64,000 nt of DNA from Macrostomum lignano (taxonomy: Eukaryota), in contig NIVC01000867.1 in assembly GCA_002269645.1 (NCBI GenBank), positions 310,001 to 374,000 of the forward strand, written 5' to 3'. Every line of letters begins with the position of its first letter. Position 1 is the stretch's first letter. The notes beneath the pieces were generated by a model, which made no database searches, had not been told where the DNA came from, and was given only the letters and a program-made list of their open reading frames with translations. A program made the translations under genes and the position numbers. This document shows, piece by piece, positions 36,388 to 48,308 of this stretch.

Positions 36388-36676
36388 GGTTGTGGCCTAG
36401 TGGTTAGAGCATCAGCCTCACGACTTGAAGTTCGTGGGGGGGGGTTCGATTCCCAATCCCACTGGAAAAATAGTGTCCTTTTAAGCAAGACACTTAACTG
36501 TGCATTGCTTCAGTTCACTCAGCTGTAAAATGGGTGCTAGAATTAGCTGGGGTAATTGAGGGTGTGTGGCGACCCTCCTCCATATAGTCCTTGACTGAAC
36601 AGCCGTACGCAGCCTTTAGATGCGCCACACAATAGCTGCGGCTGAGCTGTCGGTTGCACATCTGGCCCAATTTAAG
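36388..36676 (+). mobile_element. CORE-type SINE family 1
   Basis: A box TAGTGGTTAGAGC, B box GGTTCGATTCC, CORE-like AAGCAAGACACTTAAC...CAGCTGTAAAATGGG. Confidence 0.8.
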
Positions 36677-37850
36677 CACCAGTTAAATGACTGTCTATGG
36701 CTAAACCTCACTGAATAATGAAGACTGAGAGCACAAAACAAGGTCTGAGAACTTCTTGTGATTAGAATGAATTCCTTCTGTGAAAGGAAACAACTGGAAA
36801 AACTATAAGTAATAGAACAACAGTCTATCGGGAAGTTGTTTCTAACTTTCCATTTCTTAATTATGTCATGAAGCACTACAAATTCAACTGAAAGTATTCA
36901 AATAGAATTTACGCCTTTTTTTCCCACCATCGATACTCAAGGACGCGAATGGTAGTTAATTTCGCTGATTAAAAGCACCACCTCTTATGCTGCAGTTTTC
37001 TTCCACAATTAGCGCTAATATAAATTTGAGTTATTATTGTGGATAATTGCTAGTATTTTCATTAGGCTTTTTGATGCAGTTGTTTGCGTGTTTGTATCTT
37101 GAAAATAAACTCGTGTCCGCGTATTATGGTAGATAATTGTAAAACTTGTAAAGTCAGAGCTTTGCTTTATTGCCAAAATATTATTATAGACACATAAATT
37201 GTATTATTTCATTTTTCCAAGCTTTTTTGTGTGCAATGGTAAATTATTGTCCCATCAGTTGCTATAATAATTTTCTATGTTTTATTAAATATAATATGTT
37301 GCATACATCTTTTTAAACAAACTGTATTTTACTCAGTGGGACTGTTAGACTAACCTTTTTTATTTTTCCCATTGTTTCTATTATTCTAATTATTTATTAA
37401 AATTGTAGTTTCATTTTAAACTCTGCTGTCTGCGCCTCGGCTTATTTTATAATCATATATTTTCTCTGTGTGTCTCAGCAGTTATTTTTGCCCTTCTATA
37501 TTTTAATTTTTAACCGCAATTATGGTCTGGTATCACCAGCTTATCTATAAGTCTCAAAGCTGATTGGTGATCAACTAGCAGACTTGAAGTTCTCGTATTG
37601 CTTAAGATTTTGGTTCCCCAAATGTGTATAATAGGTTATAAGGCGTAGCTTTTGTCATGCTAGATGAGTTAGAAACAGACACTCAAAGTTTAAAGCCTAT
37701 CAATTAAAGATAGATTGGGTCATAAGAAAAGCTAATTTCTACATGTACGATCATAGTCTCTCATAGATGTCCATACAGTTGCCTGAAATAATGAAAGCCA
37801 ACATAATTATAGAAAGCGACTTTGTACGGATGGACTTAATCATATGTTTA

Positions 37851-38140
37851 GGTTGTAGCCTAGTGGTTAGAGCATCAGCCTCACGACTTGAAGTTCGTGG
37901 GGGGGGGTTCGATTCCCAATCCCACTGGAAAAATAGTGTCCTTTTAAGCAAGACACTTAACTGTGCATTGCTTCAGTTCACTCAGCTGTAAAATGGGTGC
38001 TAGAATTAGCTGGGGTAATTGAGGGTGTGTGGCGACCCTCCTCCATATAGTCCTTGGACTGAACAGCCGTACGCAGCCTTTAGATGCGCCACACAATAGC
38101 TGCGGCTGAGCTGTCGGTTGCACATCTGGCCCAATTTAAG
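37851..38140 (+). mobile_element. CORE-type SINE family 1 (duplicated with the segment)
   Basis: Copy of 36388-36676. Confidence 0.8.
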
Positions 38141-39104
38141 CACCAGTTAAATGACTGTCTATGGCTAAACCTCACTGAATAATGAAGACTGAGAGCACAA
38201 AACAAGGTCTGAGAACTTCTTGTGATTAGAATGAATTCCTTCTGTGAAAGGAAACAACTGGAAAAACTATAAGTAATAGAACAACAGTCTATCGGGGAAG
38301 TTGTTTCTAACTTTCCATTTCTTAATTATGTCATGAAGCACTACAAATTCAACTGAAAGTATTCAAATAGAATTTACGCCTTTTTTCCCACCATCGATAC
38401 TCAAGGACGCGAATGGTAGTTAATTTCGCTGATTAAAAGCACCACCTCTTATGCTGCAGTTTTCTTCCACAATTAGCGCTAATATAAATTTGAGTTATTA
38501 TTGTGGATAATTGCTAGTATTTTCATTAGGCTTTTTGATGCAGTTGTTTGCGTGTTTGTATCTTGAAAATAAACTCGTGTCCGCGTATTATGGTAGATAA
38601 TTGTAAAACTTGTAAAGTCAGAGCTTTGCTTTATTGCCAAAATATTATTATAGACACATAAATTGTATTATTTCATTTTTCCAAGCTTTTTTGTGTGCAA
38701 TGGTAAATTTATTGTCCCATCAGTTGCTATAATAATTTTCTATGTTTTATTAAATATAATATGTTGCATACATCTTTTAAACAAACTGTATTTTACTCAG
38801 TGGGACTGTTAGACTAACCTTTTTTATTTTTCCCATTGTTTCTATTATTCTAATTATTTATTAAAATTGTAGTTTTCATTTTAAACTCTGCTGTCTGCGC
38901 CTCGGCTTATTTTATAATCATATATTTTCTCTGTGTGTCTCAGCAGTTATTTTTGCCCTTCTATATTTTAATTTTTAACCGCAATTATAAGTTGAAAGGG
39001 GGAAATTCGTGGCAATATAATTGACGTTTACTAAACAATTTATTAAAATATACATATTACAGAGTAGGAAAAGCATCAATTAATTGTCGCTTACTGCCTC
39101 GTAG

Positions 39105-40047
39105 ATGGCAAGCCGGAAGACGAGGACGCTGAACTGGCTGAAGCTAAGAAATCACGTCAGGCTGGCGAGCGCCAATGACCGCATTTCAGCGCAAGAAAGC
39201 GGCCGAGCTTCGAGCCTCTAGCGGCACACATTTGGCTAGCTGGAACGCGTTGTTTCTCGGCGCCGATACAGTGGCTAATTTGGTGTCGCAGCAGCTCGGC
39301 GAGGCCAAGGCGAATCTCCTATCCGAAGGCCAGCGTGCCGGCAGCGATGGCGCCAGCGTAGCCGTTCGCTTAGCCCACGGCGAGGCCGATTTAGTAGCTC
39401 GAACGCGTCGCTTTCTAGAAGAGAACGGCGTCAATCTTGATAGCTTTGGTCAGCGCAGGCCTGGCAGTGACGAACGATCCGATCGAGTCTTCTTAGTAAA
39501 GAATCTACCAGTCAGTGCTGGGACTCGAGATCAGCTGGAGAAGATCTACGCCGCTTTTCCCGGCTTTGAAAAGCTCGTACTGCCGCCTACGCACGGCGTC
39601 ACGGGGTTAGTTGCCTACGCAACTCCGCAAGAGGCCAGGACAGCTTATCGACGAACGGCATTTACTCGATTTGTTGATCGACCATTGTACCTGGAGTGGG
39701 CGCCTGTTGGCTGTCTCGATCAGGAAAATAAGAAGCAGCAACAGAAAGCGGAAGCGACAACTGATATTGCCACGAAAACAGAGGGCGCTGCGCTTCGCTG
39801 CCAATTCAGCTTCGAAAGTCGACGCGCGGTTGAAGCTTCCGGCTCGGCTCATCTGTACGCCGTCGTGCTGCTTGAGTTTAGCGCGCGGATGAAGGCGACG
39901 AAAACCTGGAAAGCAGGGCGGACGTTGAGACTCTTCGTTCGACGCGCTGTAGCCAGCGTTGAAGCAACGCTCCGAAAGAAGCTCGCAGCCGATTCTGGAC
40001 GGCTCGGAATGCTGATGGAGCAGTTTGATTGCGTGCGGCGTGCCTAG
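39105..40047 (+). pseudogene. RBM19: Degenerate RBM19 (Mrd1) fragment: linker 3 + RRM4 fused to the C-terminal half of RRM6
   Basis: SWNALFLG, AVRLAHGE, VFLVKNLP, LYLEWAP; then RRAVEASGSAHLY(grrl)VLLEF-like RRM6 remnant; frameshift near 39170 and small deletions in the tail; acceptor TCGTAG at 39104; AATAAA at 40245. Confidence 0.75.
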
Positions 40048-40909
40048 AAAGGACATTGTAACGTGTGTTCCGAAGGGGTATTATTTGACCAGACCGACGC
40101 GCTGTTACCGAGTCGGACGCAGCAATTCAGTTAGTGTTTGGAATAGAAGGCTAAAGAAACATCTTGACGTGTTCGTGCCTAATCATAATCACTGTTCATC
40201 TTAGGGTTATTGTATTTGCCAAATTGACCGAGTCCACTGTTTGTAATAAAGTTCTTAGGTTAGAAGTATAAAGAAAATTTTGTTTTTAGTTTTCGTAAAA
40301 ATGATCAAAATTTCAAGTTGACGATTTATTCTTACTTAAAGCGAATCTAAAATTTCCATTTTCTGTTTATTTATTTTGGCATGTTTTGAAAATGTAAGTG
40401 TAAGTGTTACTGTTGAATGGAGTGTAACTTGAACTCTTGTTGATGAAAAAAAACGGCCTAAAAGTTTTTAACTGATCCAATTATAAGTGGCCTGAAAGAT
40501 TTTGGTCTCAATGAAATTGATTTTTTCGTTATTTCTATAACATTCACAGCGGCAGACTTAAATTAAATAGAAAATGTTTTGCTGTCATCATCAGTGTCTC
40601 TAAAATCCAGCTAACTGTGTAATACAAAAGCTTGCATGGTGTATGAATGTTTTTCTGTGTGATGACTGTTCAGCTAAAAATTTTCCCGTGAGAGTACGCT
40701 GCTCATAAACGGTTTTTTCCAGCTGGCATGGTCTTCACAATAAGAAGAAGAAGAAGAAGACAATGATTATAATGCAGTACTATGTTTGCTGGGTTTTATG
40801 ACTTGTGACTCGATCATGTTGTATACTACAGGCTATACTATAGCATTTTTTTAATGCTAAAATTAATAATTGTTTCTAATGTAGTTCAGGCGTAACAAAA
40901 TGGCTATTT

Positions 40910-41020
40910 ATTTTTTTGAGGCAGAGGGCTTTGTGCACAATGGCGCACTTTAAGCGAGCGGTATTGTCACATAACCGGCGACGTAAGGCATTACTGCTCA
41001 TTCCACTGACTCCCTTGAGC
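40910..41020 (-). mobile_element. SINE family 2, 3' fragment
   Basis: GAGGCAG...GGCGCACTTTAAGCGA shared with 34478. Confidence 0.6.
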
Positions 41021-41147
41021 AAATGATAGCAAAGTGAAGTCTACACAATCGTACTCCGTTTTTTAGATGTTTTGCAAACAGATGTATAATAAATTTAATG
41101 ACGATCTGTTATGCTGGCTAAATAGATAGATTACTAGAAACAGAAAA

Positions 41148-41400
41148 AGATAGATAGATAGGTAGATAAATCAATCGATAGATAGGTAGGTAGATAGATA
41201 GATAGCTAGATAGATAGATAGATAGGTAGATGGATAGATAGATAGATAGTTAGGTAGATAGATAGATAGATAGATGTCTATCTATCTCTATTTATCTGTC
41301 TCAGATCTCAGACAATTGATAAATAGACAGGCAGATGGATAGATAGATATATAGATAAATAGATAGATAGATGGATATATTAGATAGATCGATAGCCAAA
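41148..41400. repeat. (GATA)n microsatellite, imperfect
   Basis: Direct observation. Confidence 0.9.
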
Positions 41401-42604
41401 TATGCAGATAGGCTCCTTAGATAAGTCTACAGATTCACTTCTTACATTTCGGTCGTGAAAGCCAACTAGAGAATAGAAAATATTGTTCTCCATATTAAAT
41501 GTGTCCGTGTGATGTAGTAAATTTTTATGACAGTCCATCTCTATATAGTGTCCGCTTACAGATATATTATAGTCAACCCAAATAATCAATGAAGGCGGTT
41601 TCCATGTCACTGTGAAATTGTTTCTAAAGCAACACTAACAGAAACTGTTCCTTTCTTTGTAGTCTATAGATAGATAAGTTTATTCTATGATTAAACTATG
41701 GTTAGTTGTCACTGCAGTGTACTCCTCCCACTCACTTTTTCGACCCTCTGTCTATTTCTATATGTACGCGTATTTGGGGCTCAATTATTACTAATTTAGC
41801 ACTGCCTAGCAGAGGCTGAAGCAGTGCATTCATAAACCCACTGTTCTAAAAATTCAACAAGCTTAGTTTAAATTTAGCGTTGAATTCTTCTGAACCCATA
41901 TAAGCCGCAAAATATCGCAGTGAATCCTAATTCAATTCAATTCAAAGCTATATGATATAAAGTACCATCTGTAAATCTACGAGACTCGTAGTCGTAGCTA
42001 CGAGTAAAAGTTAAGCTTTGGCAAGTTTCTAACAAACGATTCCTAATAATTTTCGTTTCAGTGCTTTTATTTATTAATTTAAACAAATAACGCATCAATG
42101 TGAAGCATTGGATTAAAAATTTGAAAACAATGTGCGACTTGAAAACGGTGGCCACTCATCTGCCAATTACGGCTGTGGAATTTTTAAACGAACGATGTCT
42201 ATTGTTTGGTGAGTATAGCTGAAAAATATCTTTATGTACTACTTTTGTGTAAACTTGCAGTAGTGCAGTTTGAATAATTTATATCAGTTGTGCACGTGAT
42301 TATATAAGTGCTCTAAAATTTTAACAGATCTTTGGACGGATATGCGAGTCGGGTTTTGTTATAATTTTAAGGAAAAATAGTAAAACGAAAATTTGAACAA
42401 AAACATTTTACAATCTTAGCTTGCTTAAGCAACGGCAACCGCTAGTACGAGCTACCAATTTATACACACACTTTGAAACTGGAAACCTTTTATTCAAAAC
42501 ACTGCTTTTCAATGGCACGATTTTGGTTTAACTTATTAACTTGGAAAGGCTTAGAACTTAAAACCTCTTCAATCACTTTTCACTATTCTCGACAACTTGC
42601 AAAT

Positions 42605-42888
42605 CTATTTTCCACCTGACCTTTGACCGTCTTTTACATCGTGCCGATCTAGATGGTTGTTAAAATTATTATTGCTACTATGGGCAATGGTTTGAATCGT
42701 GCAGTGTGCTCCGTCACTGCCGTCGCCTCCAACGTCGACACCACCTGGTTGAGTCTGTCTGCGTCGTTTCGTAGCCAACTCGTAGCTGAATAGTAGGGCC
42801 CCCATTGCCGCGGCTGTTGAAGACCAGGCCAGCCGGTCGGAATGATTTATGGTGCCCACTATTGACAGGGCTATGCTGCCCGAGATCG
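42605..42888 (-). CDS. Unrecognised four-TM membrane protein, exon 2
   Basis: Acceptor ACACAG|CG joins in frame, giving LLLGAVTASAAAISGSIALSIVGTI and LAWSSTAAAMGALLFSYEL, then a polar tail; 184 aa total. Confidence 0.65.
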
Positions 42889-43149
42889 CTGTGTTGACGC
42901 GTTATGGAATCGAGGAGTTGAGGTTTCTTATGAAAATAACATTCTTAAATATTCTTGACTTGACCGCCTGGCAAAATGCCAAGCTACGAAACAGTTCAAC
43001 AATAATTTATGCCGTCTGTTGTCTGCACTGCAATCGGCCCTCATATCGCAAACCTTGCCGTCGCCGCTTTAAGGAATGAATGTACTTTAGTGCAAGAAAA
43101 TCAAGAATATTATTGGACTACTTAATCTACTAATTTTCTTGGTTTACTT

Positions 43150-44335
43150 TTCAAGTTACTGTGCACATACCCTTGAAAGAAAACTACGTAAAGACGGTCT
43201 GACTGTTTTTACCCTGGTTGCCTCTCTGGTTGCTTGTCTAAGGGTTGTGCGCAATCCGATTGGCCTGGCTTCGGCTAGCCAAATTACTAAGGGTCCGCCC
43301 CGGAGGGGCTGTGCCCATTCTAAAAATAACCCAATTCTTTTTTCGTACGTTCCAATAAGTTGGCCATCGGCCCTGGGTTAGGGGTTGGTGTGCCTGGAGT
43401 GAGGTGGAGATCTGGACTGCAGTGTGGCTAGAACGGGACTTGAGCCCCCGGTCGCACCCGCCCTGCAGGAAAGACGACCGTTCACAAAAGTGTACGGTAG
43501 AGTCCAGTTGATGCCAGCCCTGAGGCTGGCCCCGGGTTAGGGTTCAGGTGCTCTTCCTTTCTGCCATTTTTTTTTCTGGGCTGGCATCCCAGCGCGGTTT
43601 TATCCCTTTGCTTTTATGTTTTTATTCTTTTATCTGGCCATTAGAAGCCTTCCAATTCTCGGAGTTATGAGCTCTGCCCTACCTGCCCGGTCCATCTTGC
43701 CTGCCTTGGTCCATCTGCTGGCTCCTCTGGTTGTCTCCCTGCTTATTGTGTCTAGGCTCTCATCTCTGACAGTGGATTGGAGTCCTGTGAAGGATGTTCG
43801 TCCCGAATCGGGGAAAACCGGCTGAGTCCGGTTTCCTCTTGCCCCTTGTGCCCCCCCCCCCCCTTGGCCTGGCCTCCAATATTGAGCTGGATAGGTGATG
43901 CCCTTGTGGCTTGCAGCCCCATAGGTAGGCGGGGGACTGCCTGATGGGAGACTCGCCCTCGGATACAAGCCTTCCAGACTCACTCCAATAGTTAAGCCAA
44001 TTTTCCAAGACTTCTGGGTTTCCCGCTCTTGGACGGCTTTCAGTAGTATACCCAACATTTTCACTTCCAATTCTGTTTTTCGCGCACTCCCGAGGACCTG
44101 TCTGCTGGGTGAGTGGCCTGGGTGGACTCGGTCCTAGCACCGTCCCTGATTCCACTTTTTGGGTTGGCGGTGTCTTGTACCATAGGCTTGGGCAAGTAGC
44201 CCCAAAATTCCCCCTGGCCTGACGCCGGGGCCCAGTCAGGAGGGTATCTCGGGCTTAGGCCCCTGGAAATGCCCCTCAGCGGCAGAGCCCCTCCCAGGGC
44301 TGATCCGCGGGTAGCAACCGCTCCCACCCCGTTTA
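43150..44335 (-). mobile_element. GC-rich insertion, possibly the 5' region of an RTE-like non-LTR retrotransposon
   Basis: Abrupt GC rise inside an intron, structured leader, repeated CCCTAACCC(A/G)GGGCC, LIGTY resembling a broken IGTWNV APE start; family call is weak. Confidence 0.35.
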
Positions 44336-44452
44336 ACAACAACAAAAGAAAACTACGAGCGTAGTCACATGTTCAGCGTTGTGGTAAAAGCGAGTCTTAA
44401 ACGTCCGTGTAAAATCGACACCGATGTATATATACCAGTATAAGAACCTCAC

Positions 44453-44723
44453 CAGCAGCAGAAGCAGTCACCGCTCCTAGTAGCAAGAACAATGCGGAGC
44501 AATCTGGCGGTTCGTTAACAGCAATCCAATAGACTGTCAGGGTGGCCGCGTAGTAAGCGAGAATCCCTATGATTAGAAAAGCATCGTATGCGTTGGCTTT
44601 GTCAGCGTTTCCTTCGTTGTCGATCGGGTCGTGTCGCCTCGCCGACAGCCAAATTACAAATCCAACTGCTAGAAGTAAAATGCAACATTTGATTGGCATC
44701 GGCTGATGCTTGAATAGCGACAT
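44453..44723 (-). CDS. Unrecognised four-TM membrane protein, exon 1
   Basis: Hydrophobic helices CCILLLAVGFVIWL and AFLIIGILAYYAATLTVYWIAV; donor CTG|GTGAGG, phase 1. Confidence 0.65.
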
Positions 44724-45460
44724 TTTCGAGCTTAAAGAAGATAAATGAAACCAACTGGAATGAGAATTGAGAGGCCTTATAGCTATTTAACCTTAATCCA
44801 TTAGGAGCTCGTCACGCTAAGTCCGACTGTCTTGGAACTGACGAAATATAAAGGAGACAGTCTGTCTTTTCACCCTCCTTCCTTTTCGTGCTCTCCCCGT
44901 TACCTGTTCGTCACATTCGGGGTGGGGTTGCTCGGGGGATTGAACCTACATCTCGTGTGCACTCGAATGGTGTACAGTACCCCGAACATTTGCTTCCTGC
45001 CGGCTTAGTGGCCTTTCGAGCAACCGTTATAGGCTACGACGAGAGAGAGAAAGAGAACTACTGCTGTATAAAACTAGAGTAACTTTCTCTTCCTTCACCT
45101 GGCGGGGCATGAGAATTTCTATCAATTTCTCTAGCTTGCACTAGTAAAAATCAGATAAGCTTCCTCTGGTTATTGTCAGCTAACGACTAATGGAGGATGG
45201 ATCAATAGAACAGAGATGCATCTAGATTATCTATAACATGTACCTGTATACAGAGAGTTCGAGGTTTTAGGCAACGTATCTTATGTAATGTTGATTAAGC
45301 CACTTGATCTTATAGACACTTATCGGATCAATGCAAGCACATTTAACTACACACTAGTTAATTACGAGTTCTAAAAATGAAAGAGTAAAATTCTAGGCTT
45401 TTGGTGTTGATAAAATGAGATATTTACTACCGAATACCAATAATACTCCTAATAATTGAT

Positions 45461-45570
45461 CACACCTGCCCCAATTGGGCCAGATATGCAACCAACATGC
45501 GATCGGGAATCGAACCCCCCGACCTTCAAGTCTTGAGTCAGATGCTCTGACCACTAGGCTGCAACCCCTG
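45461..45570 (-). mobile_element. SINE family 1, internally deleted
   Basis: tRNA head joined directly to the 3' tail (CACACCTGCCCC...|GGAATCGAACCCCC). Confidence 0.7.
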
Positions 45571-46435
45571 TAGTATCGAAAAACTACATTACTACTGAAA
45601 AATATTAAAAAGTAAAAAGTACCGGTGTAAAAATTATCCGACGTGATCGATAACTACTCGTCAAATTCTACGTGCGGCCCATAACAAATCCGACAACAGT
45701 GCGACCTCAGTCTCTGAAATAATCTGTAAATAATCAATAATTACACATTAGTACGAGTATAATAGAAGCTTGTGACTTGTATTCTTTTATCACTCGTCAG
45801 TCGTCATGCACATTCGTTTTTTTCTGGTTTGTTATATTGATTTCCACATCCAATGCTCCTTATCGATAAAAAGGTAAAAAGTAAAGGCCGCAACTTTACT
45901 AGCTGTTCGGCATAGATGGCACTATTATGAGGCATCGAACAGCTTATTTCCCTGTAAAATATGAACAAGACAATTTTTCTGATGCTGCTAACTTGCTTTC
46001 AAGCCGAATCGTACATGTATATTATTTTCCATTGGGTGCCGTATGGAATTTCTAAAGCACAAAGCAGCTCAGCTCTGTCTTGCCTCTTGATGTTTTTGTG
46101 CCCCTCGAGAGAAAATGATCCTATAGCATTAACGAAATGAGCTGCTGTCATTTAGTCTCTTTGTTGTTTGCTTGCATGTCGTTGTTAGTTAGATTGAGTT
46201 TCAGTAAGATTGTGTTTGCAAGTAAAGAGTTATATGCATTTTTCTAATGCAAATATGTGCCCGTGGATGATGTGTGAATGGATAGATAGACTGATGTACA
46301 TAGTTAGATAAGTATATATAAAGGGGTAAAATAGTTAAACAGATAAGATATTATATTGTCAATTTAAAGCTAAATTATGTATTTAAATGAATTTCTTTCA
46401 ATGAAAAGTGCAGTATGAAATTTATTGTTTCTGCA

Positions 46436-46701
46436 GGGGTTGCAGCCTAGTGGTTAGAGCGTCTGACTCACGACTGGAAGTCGGGGGTTCGATTCTCGAC
46501 CCACTCGAAACAATTTGTGTCCTTGAGCGAGATACTTAACTCTGCATTGCTTCAGCTCACCCAGCTGTAAAATGGGTGCCAGCATTAGCGATCCCCCAGT
46601 TCTTGGACTGAACAGCCGTACGCAGCCTTCAGATACGCCGCGCAATAGCTGCGGCTGAGCTGTCGGTTGCACATCTGGCCCACTTGGGGCAGGTGTAATA
46701 A
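46436..46701 (+). mobile_element. CORE-type SINE family 1 (CpG-intact reference copy)
   Basis: Head, CORE-like segment and tail present, CpGs retained. Confidence 0.82.
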
Positions 46702-46761
46702 GTTGTTATAATTAATCAGTTTTTATTTATTTATTATTATGTAACCTCATGCAATTCATAG

Positions 46762-46881
46762 GCGAGGGCAGCTGGCTAAAATGTAGCAACTTTTTCGACG
46801 GTTCTACCACCGCTATGGCCAGCAAGATCAGCGTTGTTTACAGCCTTCCAAATGGCTGCATTATTCATCGAATTTGCATTG
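46762..46881 (+). CDS. WDR6: WDR6 exon (first located; true first exon not found)
   Basis: (G)EGSWL...IIHRI resembles the WDR6 AGEG..IHG region; TAG acceptor, GTTAGT donor. Confidence 0.65.
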
Positions 46882-46969
46882 GTTAGTTTTGTCAGGTCCT
46901 GCTCCACAAACTATGTTTTCTATACATATCGGCTCATTTTAATTGGTCCAAATTTCTATACAATTTTAG

Positions 46970-47054
46970 ATGAAGCATCAAAGCAAAGCAACTGTATTTT
47001 GCTGACTCTGTTAGGCATTCGCTTTTGGGCGGCTATTCGAGTCAGCGCAGAGGG
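46970..47054 (+). CDS. WDR6: WDR6 exon
   Basis: LLTLLGIRFWAAIRV; phases 1/2 fit neighbours. Confidence 0.65.
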
Positions 47055-47154
47055 GTAACCAGAAAAAATACGGAATTATTATAAAAATCAATATTAACCT
47101 TTTTCACCTACTTATTTCGTCATCAGTAATATGAAGCATTTTTTCCTATTTTAG

Positions 47155-47227
47155 ACAGCTTATCGATGTTATTGGGATGGACGAAAATTTTCCTCTACAA
47201 TGCCTCGACTGTTATTGGCTTAGTTCG
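47155..47227 (+). CDS. WDR6: WDR6 exon
   Basis: CLDCYWLSS (IWDARWL-like); TTTTAG/GTAATT. Confidence 0.7.
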
Positions 47228-47316
47228 GTAATTAAATTTCTATCAATATAAATCAAACCATCATTACTTTTATTATTCCAATTAATAAATAATAATTGTT
47301 GTAAACTTCTATTCAG

Positions 47317-47450
47317 AACTGTCTACTTCTGTCAACATGCAAGTTTGGCATTCTTCTCTGCGATACAAGTCGAAAAACTGCAGGCAGATTTGTCGCCTCT
47401 CGACAGTCCTACTTGGAGATCCCAGCACCGGATAATGAGAACTGCTTTCT
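47317..47450 (+). CDS. WDR6: WDR6 exon
   Basis: NCLLLSTC...NENCFL; TTCAG/GTAATT; phase 2 fits the next exon. Confidence 0.7.
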
Positions 47451-47579
47451 GTAATTATTTATTTAGAGTACGCACTGCACAGTGCATAACTTTAAGAATA
47501 GCACAAAATACTACATCCACTCATGTAAAACTATAGAATGGAACCAAAGAAGGGTCTACGAGTACTTATTATTATTACT

Positions 47580-48240
47580 TAGAGTACTTAGAGTGCTGAC
47601 ACATTTATAGTGTTGACCTACAATATTTAGAGTGCTGACCCATTTATAGTGTTGACCTACTTAGAGTGTTGACCTACTTAGAGTGTTGACCCATTTATAG
47701 TGTTGACCTACTTAGAGTGTTGACCCATTTTTAGTGTTCAGCTACTTAGAGTGTTGACCCATTTATAGTGTTGACCTACTAAGAGTGTTGACCCATTTTT
47801 AGTGTTCAGCTACTTAGAGTGCTGAGCCATTTATAGTGTTGACCTACTTAGAGTGCTGACCCATTTATAGTGTTGACCTACTAAGAGTGTTGACCCATTT
47901 TTAGTGTTCAGCTACTTAGAGTGCTGAGCCATTTATAGTGTTGACCTACTTAGAGTGCTGACCCATTTATAGTGTTGACCTACTTAGAGTGTTGACCCAT
48001 TTTTAGTGATTAGCTACTTAGAGTGCTGACCCATTTATAGTGTTGACCTACTTAGAGTGCTGACCCATTTATAGTGTTGACCTACTTAGAGTGCTAGTAA
48101 AGTAATGTATAATTGTTGGAGAGTAGTATTGATGTACTTAGATAAGTGACCCATATAGAGTATTCGCCAATTAGAGCAATGACCCATTTAGTGTGTTGAC
48201 CTATTTATTGAGGCATTGACCTATTTTGGAGGGTACTTGA
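47580..48240. repeat. Intronic minisatellite, 34-bp unit (two 17-bp halves) TACTTAGAGTGTTGACCCATTTATAGTGTTGACC
   Basis: Direct repetition, degenerate right edge. Confidence 0.93.
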
Positions 48241-48308
48241 AGTACTGCTGACCAATTCGCAAAACTCTAAACAAGAAATCCACTTAAAAACTTTATTGGC
48301 CTACGCAG

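Larger units (their letters stand above)
36061..38988. repeat. Direct tandem duplication of a ~1463-bp segment (36061-37523 and 37524-38988)
   Basis: Near-identical copies; TTAT at all three junctions. Confidence 0.95.

Noticed and set aside
7683-38988. Classical duplication-triggered RIP as the explanation of the hypermutation
   Set aside because: The closest tandem duplicates (Helitron trimer, 1463-bp duplication) keep their CpG/CpA. Only a RIP-like spectrum is claimed, not the fungal mechanism.
36388-46510. tRNA genes
   Set aside because: The A/B boxes belong to SINE heads that run on into CORE and tail sequence; no complete cloverleaf.
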